NCBI GenBank assembly: GCA_964562935.1
Contig: CAZLVJ010000001.1
Location: 33,859 to 91,020 of the forward strand
DNA length: 57,162 nucleotides
DNA from: an uncultured Nitrososphaerota archaeon
Lineage (GTDB): Archaea; Thermoproteota; Methanomethylicia; Nezhaarchaeales; WYZ-LMO8
Reading direction: 5' to 3'
Position numbers and translations under genes: made by a program. Shown one piece after another: positions 1-11,084 of the stretch. Within the stretch, counting starts at the first letter, position 1. Each line of letters starts with the position of its first letter. The notes beneath the pieces are model-generated. The model was not told the DNA's origin and did not search any database. It saw only the letters and a program-made list of their open reading frames with translations.

Positions 1-117
1 AATTGGGCTGTTAGGCTTAATCCGTAAATCAATTCTCTGCGCACTAAGCTTTACTGAGAGCCCTCCCATATATCCTAGTGCGATGGAAGATCCCTCGAAC
101 TTATCACGTGAACTGCC

Positions 118-1314
118 ATGCTCCGTCCCGATGATCGTGTGAAGCTGGCGGAGGAGATAATGATCGATTTCGCTCGCTCAACGGGCTTGACCTCGAATGC
201 GCCACAAGATCGTTATTTGTGGACGGACGCCTTCGCCGTCTTCAATTACGTCTACCTCTATACTCACACCAAGAAGTCGGTGTTTAGAGAGCTAGCCGTT
301 CTATTGGTCGACGCGGTCCATCGATTATTGGGCAAGCACCGAGGAGACGACGGCCGGAGCGGATGGATCAGCGGGCTTAGCGAAGAAGAGGCGCGAGAGC
401 ACCCCACCATCGGTGGCCTTAGGATAGGGAAGCGCTTACCCGAGCGCCGACCCGACGAGCCCTACGACCCCATCCTCGAATGGGAAAGGGATGGGCAATA
501 CTACCACTACCTCACTAAATGGATGCTAGCGCTATGTAGGGTCTTCCAAGCGACGGGGGACGTCAAGTACTTGAAGTGGAGCTTGGAATTAGCTAAGGTT
601 GCTCACAAGGCGTTTGTTTACCTATCGCCAATCGATGGACGAAAGCACATATATTGGAAGATGAGCATAGACTTGACGCGTCCGCTGGTCTTCGGCGAGG
701 GGCAACACGACGCCCTCGATGGGCTTTCGACTTACTTGGAGCTCCATTTAACTGCGAAGAAGGGTTCTTCTGCCCTGCCCTCCTTAGAGAGCGAGATCTA
801 CGACTTGTACGAGATGTGTAAGGACAACGATTGGAGTTGCTGGGTGACTGAGGACCCCTTGGGCATAGGGGAGCTCCTCTGCGTAGCGTATCGGCTGGCG
901 CGAGCTCACATTGACGCTCTTGACACCTCAACGATAATAAGTGCGGCACTAGAGGCGGCGCACGCAAGCCTGCGAGCTCTCTTCCCCAAGAACATAATCT
1001 ACGCGCCTGCGAGCTCCAGGCTGGCCTTTAGAGAGCTCGGCCTCGTCATAGGATTGCACGCCGCCAAAGGGTTAGAAAGGCTGGCCCAAGAAATGTCGGT
1101 ACTCAATCAAGTGGTACAGCGCATACTAAGGTTCAGAGCACTTGCTGACAGGATCTTAGAATTTTGGCTTAAGAAAGAAAACAGAGAAACTCTCGCATGG
1201 CTTGGGCATTGCGACATAAACATGGTCATGTTGGCTACTAGCTTAATTCCCGATGGTTACTTAGGACCCCTTAGGGCAAGACCCTCGCCAGCCAACGAGA
1301 TTCCTAGCCTTTAG
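118..1314 (+). CDS. conserved hypothetical protein (398 aa), family not recognised
   Basis: Long ATG ORF with balanced protein-like composition. The overlapping antisense ORF 593..967 is an Arg/Ser/Pro-rich shadow. No diagnostic motif identified. Confidence 0.6.
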   Translation: MLRPDDRVKLAEEIMIDFARSTGLTSNAPQDRYLWTDAFAVFNYVYLYTHTKKSVFRELAVLLVDAVHRLLGKHRGDDGRSGWISGLSEEEAREHPTIGGLRIGKRLPERRPDEPYDPILEWERDGQYYHYLTKWMLALCRVFQATGDVKYLKWSLELAKVAHKAFVYLSPIDGRKHIYWKMSIDLTRPLVFGEGQHDALDGLSTYLELHLTAKKGSSALPSLESEIYDLYEMCKDNDWSCWVTEDPLGIGELLCVAYRLARAHIDALDTSTIISAALEAAHASLRALFPKNIIYAPASSRLAFRELGLVIGLHAAKGLERLAQEMSVLNQVVQRILRFRALADRILEFWLKKENRETLAWLGHCDINMVMLATSLIPDGYLGPLRARPSPANEIPSL

Positions 1315-1497
1315 ATTAAAGAAAGTTAAAGTTTATATTTAACCCCCTTTCTTACCAAAGCTCTTGGGCTCGTAAAGTGATGCCGCACACGACGGATGCC
1401 GTGGTGCTGAACTTAGTGATAGCGTTGGCTTTGTTGTGCGTATTTAAAGCGATTTCCGCCCTTGCCCAGAGGTAGACATAAATTATTAACGCCTTCA

Positions 1498-2094
1498 CTA
1501 ACCAGCGATCATTCTATTGCCGTACACATCTCGATATACTATGTCAGATAACTTCTTCCTTGGCGGGGCTTGAGGCGTCTCGTCTGGATAGCCCACTGGT
1601 ATTAAGGCTACGAGCTCCACGTCGGGGGGCAACTTGAGGATCTTCGACGCCTTCTCGAAATCGAAAGCTCCGACAATCACTGTCCCGAGCCCTAGAGCAT
1701 GGGCTTCTAGTACGAGGTTTTGGACTGCAAGCGCTACGTCGAACATGAGCCAGTCACCTTTACTCGTGACAGCGGAGCCCCTGTAGAAGCCGGAGACGCC
1801 TTTTCTTCCGAGGGCCGCTATGACCACGGGCGCGTTGGCGACGACGTTTTTAGCGGGGTTCCTAGGTGGCACGAGGGTCTCTGAAAGCTCCGCCTTAATC
1901 TCGGGGTCCTTCACGACTATGAACTCCCAGCACTGGGTGTTCGCCCAAGAGGGGGCCCAGCGAGCAGCTTCAAGCAACTTCATCAAGACTTCGTCCGGTA
2001 CTGGGTCGGGCTTAAGCTTCCTAACGCTTCTCCTACTCTTTATCAAGTCAATGATGTCCATAAGTATCTCCTTCACTTCCTTCGACGTGGACAA
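1498..2094 (-). CDS. nitroreductase family protein
   Basis: N-terminal RRSVRKL...LLEAARWAPSWANTQCWEFIVV is the typical nitroreductase/NAD(P)H-flavin oxidoreductase signature. 198 aa is the normal size. Confidence 0.85.
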   Translation of the reverse strand: MSTSKEVKEILMDIIDLIKSRRSVRKLKPDPVPDEVLMKLLEAARWAPSWANTQCWEFIVVKDPEIKAELSETLVPPRNPAKNVVANAPVVIAALGRKGVSGFYRGSAVTSKGDWLMFDVALAVQNLVLEAHALGLGTVIVGAFDFEKASKILKLPPDVELVALIPVGYPDETPQAPPRKKLSDIVYRDVYGNRMIAG

Positions 2095-2200
2095 AATAAG
2101 CTTTTTTATTTCCTAGGATCATAGATTTTTAGACGCTCGTCTCACATAAATTGACGAAAGTCTTTTACCACGTGTCTCACAAAAGTGTTCTCGAAGAGGT

Positions 2201-2710
2201 ATGGTCGTAGAGAGTAGGGAGGAAATCGTTGAAGAGGCCGTGATCCATGTTGCTAGGCTTATGGCTTTAAGCGCGATAACAGCGCCTAAGGCTAGAGGCG
2301 TAGACAACGTCGTCGTGAGGATTCTAAAGGACAGAGCCGAAATAGAGAAGCTCGCCGAGGCGATGGAGAAAATGGCAGAGCAAATGGGCGACTTCTTCAA
2401 GAGAGATGCCGACAACATAAGGCGTTCTACGGCCGTAACGCTGATAGGCTGTAAAATAAAGAACATAGGCATAAAGAACCCCCCTGAGTATCGATACGAC
2501 CTCAACTTTGTGTTGAATATACTGAACTTGGGCATAGCCGTGGGTTCAGCAGTGAAGACTGCCTCACTTCACAACGTAGACAACAGGGTGATGTTTAGCG
2601 CGGGCTTCGCCGCTCAAACGTTGAAGTTGTTGGACGCCGACGTAGTGCTAGCTATTCCGCTTAGTGCAACGTCAAAAAGCATATACTTCGACAGGCCAGC
2701 GGTAAAGTGA
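2201..2710 (+). CDS. DUF2148-like (ferredoxin-domain associated) protein
   Basis: 169-aa ORF. The N-terminus (EEAV..VARLMALSAITAPKARGVDN) resembles the DUF2148 family as I remember it. Divergent to the nitroreductase gene. Confidence 0.55.
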   Translation: MVVESREEIVEEAVIHVARLMALSAITAPKARGVDNVVVRILKDRAEIEKLAEAMEKMAEQMGDFFKRDADNIRRSTAVTLIGCKIKNIGIKNPPEYRYDLNFVLNILNLGIAVGSAVKTASLHNVDNRVMFSAGFAAQTLKLLDADVVLAIPLSATSKSIYFDRPAVK

Positions 2711-2934
2711 GTGGTTGGCACTCCACACTATGGGCGTACAACCTCGCACCCTATTAATTAACCCCTATTTTCCTTAGAGGACCGATTGGTGAGCTGGTGT
2801 TTGTTGCTCCTTCCCTCATTTATCATGTTGTAGCACGTCTTCGACCAAGGTCTTAAATAAACTCAATAAATTAGTTTAGTGGATCATAACGTTACCGCGA
2901 AAGAGTTAAGGTCTCGCAAACAAAATGTAATATT

Positions 2935-3552
2935 ATGGCAGTAGTATACCCTTCCGTAGATTGGTTAAACGAGCTTCTAAGGGTCGTCAATAGTGATGCG
3001 ACGTATAAGAAAGTCGCAGCAAATTGGGAAGGCGACTTTTTGTGCGTCGTCGAGATGGATCAAGAAGCCTTAAAGGACTTCCAGAAGCCTAAAATTTTGC
3101 GTGGCCTCATATCGTTGTTTGCAGCGATACCCAAAGATAAGAGAGTGGCCTTTAAGGGGACCCCTACGGAGAAATTTGTCCAGAAGCTCGGGATAGCTCT
3201 GGACCAAGACATCGATCTTTCAAAGCTAGACTATGAGGAAATGGCGAGAAAGGTCGCAGAGATAAAGCTCGACGAGATAAAGGGTGCGTCGACATACATA
3301 TGGCTTGACTTCTGGCACGGAGAGCTGAGAAACGCCAAGCCAGTTGCACCAGGAGAAGTCCTAAGCCCTAGGTTCACTTTAACGGGGCCCTATGCGGCCT
3401 TCAAAGAGGTGGTGTCTGGTAAGGTAGACACAACAACGCAAATAGTGAGAGGTAAGCTAAAGCTGAGAGGCGACCTTGGATACATGATGCGAAATGCCGC
3501 TGCTGTTACTAGGTTCGGCCAGCTGATGTCTTCCATACCGATAGAAACGTGA
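2935..3552 (+). CDS. SCP2 sterol-carrier-like domain protein
   Basis: C-terminal GKLKLRGDLGYMMRNAAAVTRFGQLM resembles the SCP2 fold C-terminus. Lies 8 nt upstream of the Fe-ADH gene. Confidence 0.5.
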   Translation: MAVVYPSVDWLNELLRVVNSDATYKKVAANWEGDFLCVVEMDQEALKDFQKPKILRGLISLFAAIPKDKRVAFKGTPTEKFVQKLGIALDQDIDLSKLDYEEMARKVAEIKLDEIKGASTYIWLDFWHGELRNAKPVAPGEVLSPRFTLTGPYAAFKEVVSGKVDTTTQIVRGKLKLRGDLGYMMRNAAAVTRFGQLMSSIPIET

Positions 3553-3559
3553 TAAAAAT

Positions 3560-4702
3560 ATGTGGACCTTCGTCTCTCCACGAGTTATAGTTTTTGGCGA
3601 CGACGCCTTAACGTTCCTAGAAGGTGAGAAGGCAAGTAAAGTCCTGATAGTCACTGACGGGACTATCATAAAGCTGGGTTTCGTTGATGTAGTCAAGAAT
3701 AACATTAAGGCCGAGAGAATAGAGGTCTTCAGTGAGGTAGAGCCGGAACCCAGCATAGAAACGGTGCTTAAGTGTAGCGAGGTGGCGAGAGAGCTTCAGC
3801 CCGATTTGATAGTGGCGGTGGGCGGGGGAAGCGTCATGGACGTTGCCAAGGCCGCAAGAGTGCTAATGGAGGTCGACGTGGACCCCGTAGCGATAACGCC
3901 CTTCACGAACCTTTCAGAGTACGGTTACAAGAAGAAGGCGAAGCTGATAGCGATTCCGACAACTAGTGGGACGGGAGCGGATGCCACTTGGGCCATAGTC
4001 CTTACGGACAAGAAAGAGAGCAGAAAACTGACGCCAGCAAACAAAGAGCTTGTTCCAGACGTAACGATCCTCGATTACAGTCTCGTAACCAACATGCCCA
4101 AGAAGCTCGTATCGGGCACGGGCTTTGACGCGCTCACGCACGCCATTGAGGGCTACGTCTCGATTTGGAGAAACGACTTCAGCGACGCGCTGTGCGAAAA
4201 GGCCGTTGAGATGATACTGAGGAACCTCGAGAAGTCGTACAACGGCGATGTTGAGGCAAGGGCGAAAATGCACATAGCGGCGACGATGGCTGGCTTGGGC
4301 TTCGGGAACTCTCAGGTGGGACTGGCCCACTCGCTAGGTCACTCTTTTGGAGGAGTATTCAGGCTCCATCACGGACTTTGCGTGGGCGTATTCCTGCCGT
4401 ATGTAATGCAGTTCTACTTAAAGAGTGACGCCAAGGCTAGGATGGACTTTTTAGCGAGGAAGGTCGGGCTGGCCGATGCCGAAGACCTCATAGAGAAAAT
4501 AATGGCCCTGATGAAGAGCGTTGAAATGCCCACGAGGCTCTCGGAGATAATCACGAAGAAGGATTTCGACGAAAACTTAGAGAGGCTCATAATGAACACG
4601 ATGAACGACCCTAGCCTCGGGATGAGTCCAAGAGTACCTGACGTTGAGCAGACAAAAGCTATCTACCAATACGCCTTCGAAGGAAAGAGGATAGACTTCT
4701 AA
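3560..4702 (+). CDS. iron-containing alcohol dehydrogenase
   Basis: GGGSVMDVAKA nucleotide-binding motif and the metal-binding His cluster LAHSLGHSFGGVFRLHHG. 380 aa. Confidence 0.9.
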   Translation: MWTFVSPRVIVFGDDALTFLEGEKASKVLIVTDGTIIKLGFVDVVKNNIKAERIEVFSEVEPEPSIETVLKCSEVARELQPDLIVAVGGGSVMDVAKAARVLMEVDVDPVAITPFTNLSEYGYKKKAKLIAIPTTSGTGADATWAIVLTDKKESRKLTPANKELVPDVTILDYSLVTNMPKKLVSGTGFDALTHAIEGYVSIWRNDFSDALCEKAVEMILRNLEKSYNGDVEARAKMHIAATMAGLGFGNSQVGLAHSLGHSFGGVFRLHHGLCVGVFLPYVMQFYLKSDAKARMDFLARKVGLADAEDLIEKIMALMKSVEMPTRLSEIITKKDFDENLERLIMNTMNDPSLGMSPRVPDVEQTKAIYQYAFEGKRIDF

Positions 4703-4718
4703 GGGAGGAGCGACAAAG

Positions 4719-6512
4719 TTGTTTGGGTATTGCGGAAGGATCTTGAGGGTCAACCTCTCTAACAAGACCACTTCTGTGATGCCTTTGGATGAGAGAGACG
4801 CTAAGCTGTTCGTCGGAGGCTCGGGAATAGGTATTAAGTTGCATTACCAGCTTAGGACTTACGAAAAGGACCCCCTCTCTTCTGAGAACTTGCTCGTCGT
4901 GATGACGGGGCCGCTGACTGCAACGGCCGTGCCGGGGACGAGCAAGCTGATCTTCTGCGCCCGTAGCCCCCTGACGAGGATATGGGGCGAGTCGGCATCG
5001 GGAGGGGACTTGCCTGTCTACTTGAAATATTGCGGTTGGGACGGTATCGTTATTGAAGGTAAGAGCGAGAAGCCCGTTTACTTAAAAGTGGATGAGAATG
5101 GCGCAGAGATAAGGGATGCAAGTGGCATCTGGGGCAAGGGCTGCTACGAGGCCCAAGAGGTAATGGCCAAGGAGGTGGGCGAGAAGAGGGTCGGTACTGC
5201 CGTCATTGGGCCAGCGGGGGAGAACTTGGTTAAGTTTGCGAACATCCAAGTGGACAACTCGAGGCACGCTGGGAGGACGGGGATGGGTGCCGTGATGGGG
5301 TCCAAGAAGCTGAAGGGAATTACAGTGTGCTACGATCCAAGTCACAGATTCGAGATTAAGCTGGCCGACAACGAGAAGTTCAAGGAGCTGGCCTCCCAAT
5401 TTGTTGAGACAATAAACAACGACTTCGTTTGTAACATGCTTAGAGACCTCGGCACCTCGGGCTATGTTGAGAGCGCTGAGGTCTTCGGGGACCTGCCAGT
5501 GAAGTACTTCTCGAAAGGGACCTTCGAGAACGCAACCAAGATATCGGGCGCGACCATGGCTAGCACTATCTTGAGACGCAACGACGGTTGCCTGGGTTGC
5601 ATCGTCAGATGTGGTAGAGTGGTCGAGCACAAAGGAAGAGAAATTCACGGCCCTGAGTACGAGACCGTGGCCTCCTTCGGCTCGCTACAGCTAAACGACG
5701 ACTTGGAGTCGATAGTCGAGATAAACTACCTTTGTAATGATCTTGGAATGGACACCATCTCTGCTGGGGTAACAATAGCGTTCGCCATGTGGATGACGGA
5801 GAGGGGCATTGGCAACTTCAACGTCAAGTGGGGAGACCAGGAGAGGGTGAAGGAGCTTGTAAGGGACATGGCCTTCAGAAGAGGCATCGGTAACGAGCTT
5901 GCTGAGGGTACACGCTTTTTAGAAGAAAAGTATGGCGTTAAGGGTTGGGGGGCGCACGTCAAGGGCCTCGAGATACCAATGCACGACCCGAGAGCTTTTG
6001 CCTCTCTTGCATGTGCGTACGCCGTGCACCCGAGGGGCGCCTGTCACCTGACGCACCAGATGTACCTCTACGAGATGGGCAAGGTCCTCGAGGAGTACGG
6101 GGCAATGTCGACCGACAGGTTGTCGAGCGAAGGCAAGGGCGTGCTCTTCGCGAAGGTCCAAGACTTTACTGAGCTCTTCAACGACGTAACCATGTGCGCC
6201 TTCATGCCAATAACGCCCACCATGCTAGCCGAGATGTTGAAATACGCGACGGGACTCGAGTTCGACGTCTTCAGCTTAGCGAAGACGGGCGAGAGGATAA
6301 TTACGCTCAAAAGGCTGTACGACCTCAAGTGCGGCATCAAGCCCGAAGAGGACGACGCGCTTCCGCCCGTAGTATTGCAACCAGTGGAAGGCGGAAGCGC
6401 TGGCAACGTGCCAGATGTAAAGAGGCAAGTCCAAGAGTACTACGAGTTCAGAAAGTGGCCCAACGGCATTCCAAGTCCTGAAAGATTAAGAGAGCTCAAG
6501 CTGGTGCTCTAA
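4719..6512 (+). CDS. aor: tungsten-type aldehyde:ferredoxin oxidoreductase (AOR family)
   Basis: N-terminal GRILRVNLS, EYETVASFGS and the Cys cluster DGCLGCIVRCGR are typical of the AOR family. TTG start with GGGAGGAG located 8 nt upstream. Confidence 0.9.
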   Translation: MFGYCGRILRVNLSNKTTSVMPLDERDAKLFVGGSGIGIKLHYQLRTYEKDPLSSENLLVVMTGPLTATAVPGTSKLIFCARSPLTRIWGESASGGDLPVYLKYCGWDGIVIEGKSEKPVYLKVDENGAEIRDASGIWGKGCYEAQEVMAKEVGEKRVGTAVIGPAGENLVKFANIQVDNSRHAGRTGMGAVMGSKKLKGITVCYDPSHRFEIKLADNEKFKELASQFVETINNDFVCNMLRDLGTSGYVESAEVFGDLPVKYFSKGTFENATKISGATMASTILRRNDGCLGCIVRCGRVVEHKGREIHGPEYETVASFGSLQLNDDLESIVEINYLCNDLGMDTISAGVTIAFAMWMTERGIGNFNVKWGDQERVKELVRDMAFRRGIGNELAEGTRFLEEKYGVKGWGAHVKGLEIPMHDPRAFASLACAYAVHPRGACHLTHQMYLYEMGKVLEEYGAMSTDRLSSEGKGVLFAKVQDFTELFNDVTMCAFMPITPTMLAEMLKYATGLEFDVFSLAKTGERIITLKRLYDLKCGIKPEEDDALPPVVLQPVEGGSAGNVPDVKRQVQEYYEFRKWPNGIPSPERLRELKLVL

Positions 6513-6654
6513 AAAAGCCTTAACCACTCTCTTTCTTTTCGACGAGGAAATCACGAGGTCTGCAGGGTTTTATAATTTGACCAGCAACTTTTTAGGAAGT
6601 CTTTAAGATGCACCCCCCTCAAAGACTCCAGAGGCCTGAGGGCTCTGTGAAACC

Positions 6655-8034
6655 ATGAAGACAGCGATCGAGCTCATCGACGCGATCAAAAGCGGTGAAA
6701 TAAAGGCCACTGAGTTAGTGGAGATGTGCCTCGAGAGGATAAAACTGCTTAACCCGAAGATAAATGCCTTCGTAACCCTAAACCCGAAGGCGATCGAGGA
6801 AGCCAAGGAGTCTCAGAGCAAGCCGCTTGCGGGCTTACCGATAGCTGTGAAGGACAATACTCTTACGAAAGGTCTAAGAACTACGTTCGGATCTAAGCTA
6901 TTTGAAAACTTCGTCCCAAACGAAGACTCAGTAGTTGTCGAGAGGTTGAGGAAAGCAGGGGCCGTCATTATAGGCAAGACAAACATGCCAGAGTTCGGTT
7001 TGATAGCCTATACAGACAACGTGCTTTTCGGCCCGACCAGAAATCCTTGGGATTTAAAGAGGACTGTTGGAGGGTCTAGTGGCGGAAGTGCTGCTGCCGT
7101 CGCTGCCGGGATGGTTCCAGTTGCTACGGGAAATGACGCTGGCGGTAGCATAAGGATTCCAGCTAGCTTCTGCGGGATTTATGGGTTTAAGCCTACCTTC
7201 GGTAGGGTGCCTCTATATCCGTCTATTCCGATCTTCACCGGCCTAGCGTGCGAAGGCCTCTTGACAAAGAGCGTGGAGGACGCGGCCCTCCTGCTAGACT
7301 TCGTGAAAGGGAGAGACGAAAGGGACATGTACTCCTTGCCCGATGATGGAAGGAGCTACCTCAAAGAACTCGAAAGCCCCATAGATGACGTGAAAATGGC
7401 CTTCTCCCTCGATCTCGGTTATGCGACAGTGGATCCAGAAGTCGAAGAGGTGGTGAGAAGGGCCGCATTTAAGCTCGAAAAGTTCGGAGTAGTCGAAGAG
7501 GTAAAAGTGAGCCTTCCATGCTTAGAGAACGAGTTAAGAGTGAAGGCTACTTTAGAGTTCATCACCTTCATTTCCGAAAAGCTTGAAGAGTGGAAGAAGG
7601 TCGCATATCCGCCTTACTTAGGCCTTTTGCGCTTCGCCGAAGGCTTAACTTATAGGGACTACGTAAGGATTGAGATGAAGAAACAAGAACTTTGGAGGGT
7701 CGTAAAGAGAATCTTCGATGAGTACGACTTCTTGATAACGCCTACTACGGCTGTAAAACCTTTTGAGATTGGCAAGATAGCCCCCAAGGAGATAGCGGGA
7801 AGGCCGGCGACGCCCCTAGCTTGGACGCCCTTCACATACCCCTTTAATTTCACGGGACAGCCCGTAGCCTCGGTTCCGGCAGGGTTCAGCAAAGAGGGCT
7901 TGCCAATCGGCATGCAAATCGTGGGCAGGAAGTTCGATGACGTGGGGGTTTTGAAGTTATCGAAGGCCTTTCAAGACGTCAGCCCTTGGGTTAGAGAACT
8001 TGATGAACTCTCTGAGAGGCTTCTTAGAGAGTAG
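6655..8034 (+). CDS. amidase (amidase-signature family, GatA-like)
   Basis: [14 protein letters not shown] amidase signature and the KDN motif ([10 protein letters not shown]). 459 aa. Confidence 0.9.
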   Translation: MKTAIELIDAIKSGEIKATELVEMCLERIKLLNPKINAFVTLNPKAIEEAKESQSKPLAGLPIAVKDNTLTKGLRTTFGSKLFENFVPNEDSVVVERLRKAGAVIIGKTNMPEFGLIAYTDNVLFGPTRNPWDLKRTVGGSSGGSAAAVAAGMVPVATGNDAGGSIRIPASFCGIYGFKPTFGRVPLYPSIPIFTGLACEGLLTKSVEDAALLLDFVKGRDERDMYSLPDDGRSYLKELESPIDDVKMAFSLDLGYATVDPEVEEVVRRAAFKLEKFGVVEEVKVSLPCLENELRVKATLEFITFISEKLEEWKKVAYPPYLGLLRFAEGLTYRDYVRIEMKKQELWRVVKRIFDEYDFLITPTTAVKPFEIGKIAPKEIAGRPATPLAWTPFTYPFNFTGQPVASVPAGFSKEGLPIGMQIVGRKFDDVGVLKLSKAFQDVSPWVRELDELSERLLRE

Positions 8035-8206
8035 GCCTCGGTCCTATCATTAATTTAGTTGACAAGCTAAAATACAAGTCTGGCACGTTAAGCTAAGCCT
8101 TAAATCTTAACCTACATTTGCGAACGTCTAGCGCGAACTTTGCACGAGAAGCTTAAAACCGTATGACGCAGGTACTTACTTTTCAGAAAAATCGAGGAGG
8201 ATAACT

Positions 8207-9253
8207 TTGAGCCTCAACTTTCGTAAAGAGGTTAGGAAGGCTCGCCTCCTTAATCCGATGCGTGGTTTCGAGTTAGAGGAACAAGTCCTAGAGCGCAGAT
8301 ACGACCCCTTGACTAACCTCTCGACGTTTGTAGTCAAGGGGAGGCTCAAGTATATCGAGAAGTTCTTCAACACCGACAAGCAGTTGCTTGAGAGGCTCGC
8401 CGAGGCCACAAAGCCTAGCTGTCCATTCTGTCCCGAGAGGATCGAGCACGCCACACCCAAGTTCCCAAAAGAGGTAGCCAACAATGGTAGAATAAAAATC
8501 GGAAGGTGCATAGCATTTCCGGGCCTCCATGCGCACTCCGACTTCAACGCAGTCGTGGTCTTGGGACCTAAACACCTAGCTTATCCTAGAGAGCTGGGGA
8601 TGGAGACGCTGGCAGAAGGGCTCGAGGCAGGCCTTGAAGCGTTAAAAGCAGCCTATAGAGCCAACCCTGAGCTTGCCTACGGCACCATAATAATGAATTA
8701 CTTACCGCCGGCGGGCTCGAGCATCATACACCCCCACATGCAGGCCTTGGCCTCTAACGCGCCGTTCAATTATCAGCGCCTCCTCTTGGTCAAGAGCTAC
8801 GAGTACTACACTCAAACGTCAAAGAATTACTGGGTCCAACTCGTCGAGCACGAAAAGAACGCCCGAGAACGCTTCATATACGAAAGCGACTACCTGGCCT
8901 GGACAGCCCCCTTCGCCCCCTTGAGGTTTTTCGAGGTTTGGGGCATCTTCAAGGAGCCCCTTACGCCCGCGGAGCTAGGACCTCAGCACTTAGCTGAGCT
9001 GGCCGATGGGTTATCGAGGATCTTGGCCTACTACGAGGACCGAGGTATCTTGTGCGTAAACCTCGCCCTAATACTTCCGCGATTTGGGACCTCGCAAGAG
9101 CATTTCAACCCACATATTAGAGTTTGCGCTAGATTCGGTCTGATACAACCGTTCTTAAGCGACTTTTGGGCTTTGGCTACGCTACTACACGAGAGCGAGG
9201 TCGTTGAATCACCAGAAGATTATGCCATCGAGCTGAGGAAGTACTTTGGCTAA
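8207..9253 (+). CDS. galactose-1-phosphate uridylyltransferase-like (GalT / HIT branch) nucleotidyltransferase
   Basis: CPFCPE zinc motif and the HPHMQ active-site His-x-His-x-Gln. TTG start preceded by GAGGAGGA. Confidence 0.7.
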   Translation: MSLNFRKEVRKARLLNPMRGFELEEQVLERRYDPLTNLSTFVVKGRLKYIEKFFNTDKQLLERLAEATKPSCPFCPERIEHATPKFPKEVANNGRIKIGRCIAFPGLHAHSDFNAVVVLGPKHLAYPRELGMETLAEGLEAGLEALKAAYRANPELAYGTIIMNYLPPAGSSIIHPHMQALASNAPFNYQRLLLVKSYEYYTQTSKNYWVQLVEHEKNARERFIYESDYLAWTAPFAPLRFFEVWGIFKEPLTPAELGPQHLAELADGLSRILAYYEDRGILCVNLALILPRFGTSQEHFNPHIRVCARFGLIQPFLSDFWALATLLHESEVVESPEDYAIELRKYFG

Positions 9254-9380
9254 CCCCTTTGGCGCGAGCCATTAAAATCGAAGGTAAGAAAGATCTGCGA
9301 GGTCGTAGTTCTGTCGAGCCCCTTGCGCTTTTTACTAATGACCTTAACGAAGCAATGCTCATGTTTTAAAAAGCTATTGG

Positions 9381-10319
9381 ATGGGGCTTAGCGACGACCT
9401 TCTCTGTAAAGATAATTACTTGGTCCTTGACTGGGGATTAAGGGTCATGCTCGGAGAGGTCTTAGCGTTAGCGGCTTCGCTTTGTTGGGCCATAGGAGCC
9501 AACCTCTATAGGAGTAGCGCGAGGTCTATTTCTCCAACAACCTTAAACTTAGTTCGTAGCATGAGCGCAGCCCTCGTGCTCTTCACCTCTGTCGAAGTCC
9601 TCGGAAAATCGAGGTACTTCTTGCTTCTCAACTTGAATTCGACGACGTACTTAACCGTTGCCTCTCTCATAGGGTGGGCCTTAGGGGACACGTTGTACTT
9701 CGCTGGCTTGAAGTGGATAGGAGTCTCGCGAACTGTACCGCTAGCCTACTCCTACCCTCTTTTCATCCTTCCCTTTAGCGCCCTCCTCCTCAATGAGAGA
9801 GTGACCATAAACATAGTCCTCGGATCCTTTGTGATTGTAGTTGCTATATGGTTAATCTGTGGATCAATGAGAGAGGTCCTCTACGCTACCTCTTGGAGAT
9901 CCAAGCTCGGGGTGCTGGCCCCAATTGGCGCAGCTTTCTGTTGGGCGGTGGCGGTGCTAATGCTCAAGAGGATGACCGCGATCTTTGACCATATATTCTT
10001 AGCTTTCTTCAAGATGCTGGCTGTAATTCCCTTCATGACATGTTATGTGGCGTTTTCGTCTAAAGGCCTCTCTCAACTTCGCCTTCTCGACGCAAGAGCA
10101 CTCGTCATGGCATTAGCTGGAGGGGCCATAGCAGTCGGGCTCGGCGACATGATATATTTCATTGGACTGAGCCTTGCGCAAGCTAATATCGTTGCCTCTC
10201 TTGGTGCCTCGACTCCGATATTCGCGACACTTATAGCGTTTAAAAAAGAGAGACCTAGCTTAAGAACAGTGATAGGGGTCTCTCTCGTAGCGATCGGATT
10301 CGTCCTATTGACTTATTGA
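9381..10319 (+). CDS. DMT superfamily (EamA-like) transporter
   Basis: About 10 predicted TM helices in two repeats, with LCWAIG / FCWAVA motifs. The true start may be the internal Met at 9447. Confidence 0.7.
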   Translation: MGLSDDLLCKDNYLVLDWGLRVMLGEVLALAASLCWAIGANLYRSSARSISPTTLNLVRSMSAALVLFTSVEVLGKSRYFLLLNLNSTTYLTVASLIGWALGDTLYFAGLKWIGVSRTVPLAYSYPLFILPFSALLLNERVTINIVLGSFVIVVAIWLICGSMREVLYATSWRSKLGVLAPIGAAFCWAVAVLMLKRMTAIFDHIFLAFFKMLAVIPFMTCYVAFSSKGLSQLRLLDARALVMALAGGAIAVGLGDMIYFIGLSLAQANIVASLGASTPIFATLIAFKKERPSLRTVIGVSLVAIGFVLLTY

Positions 10320-10399
10320 AGTCTTCACAATATGTTACGATGAGCTCTCGACCCCTTGCATGTACAAGAGGGGAAAAAGCACGATCCTTATTTAAGGCT

Positions 10400-10963
10400 C
10401 TAGAGACCGAGGACGTCACTTATTTCACTTAAAGACCTAAGAGATAGCTCGAGAAATTCGTCAAGAGATAGGCCTATCTGCTCACAGAACATAATCCTGT
10501 TTCTATTGACGTTCCGGGCGAAGTCTTTTTGCTTGAACTTTTTCTTTAGGGTATCAACGCTAACCTCTGCCAACCTTTTGTTGGGCATGACGAGGGCTGT
10601 AGCTATCACGAGACCTGAGACGGCGTCGGCCGCGATCAATGCTTTCTCTAAATCGCTCTCAGGGGGCACTCCCGTGTCTTCGAAGTTATGCGCTTTAATG
10701 GCCCTGATGACCTCAGAGGGTACTTTACCTCTCAGTATCTTCTCCGCCTCGAGGCCATGCTTGTTTGGCTCGTCTTTAGTCTTCTCGTAGTCGATGTCAT
10801 GGAGTAGACCCGTGACCTCCCACAATTCCTCGTCCTTGCCGAGGCGTCGTGCTAAGGCCCTCATTATTGCTGCGACGGCCATCATATGGAGGATGATTTT
10901 ATTGTTTGATACGTTCTCCCTTATCTCCTGAAGGGCTTCCTCCCTCTTCATTATACTTTGCAA
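10400..10963 (-). CDS. HD-domain (HDIG-type) phosphohydrolase
   Basis: H...HDIDYE metal-binding motif (LLHDIDYEKT). 187 aa. Confidence 0.75.
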   Translation of the reverse strand: MQSIMKREEALQEIRENVSNNKIILHMMAVAAIMRALARRLGKDEELWEVTGLLHDIDYEKTKDEPNKHGLEAEKILRGKVPSEVIRAIKAHNFEDTGVPPESDLEKALIAADAVSGLVIATALVMPNKRLAEVSVDTLKKKFKQKDFARNVNRNRIMFCEQIGLSLDEFLELSLRSLSEISDVLGL

Positions 10964-11084
10964 CGACCTCCTCTCCTAAGGAGATAATCTTTTTCTACTT
11001 GAAGACATCATTCTAAGGGAACCCTAAAGACTAGATGGGTCTTTTACTCTAGGATCCACAATGCTCAAAGTCTATACCCTCTTT

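Noticed and set aside
1380-1475. 31-codon hydrophobic ORF (MPHTTDAVVLNLVIALALLCVFKAISALAQR) with an imperfect C-box-like GTGATGC at its start
   Set aside because: No SD or promoter signal is evident. The C/D-box reading fails because there is no correctly spaced CUGA. Too short to support.
5082-5648. Long antisense ORFs inside well-supported genes (also 593..967, 3914..4330, 31318..31731, 50111..50509, 54535..55002 and similar)
   Set aside because: All lie opposite genes with strong family motifs and have Arg/Ser/Pro/His-rich low-complexity translations. They are typical shadow ORFs of a mid-GC genome.
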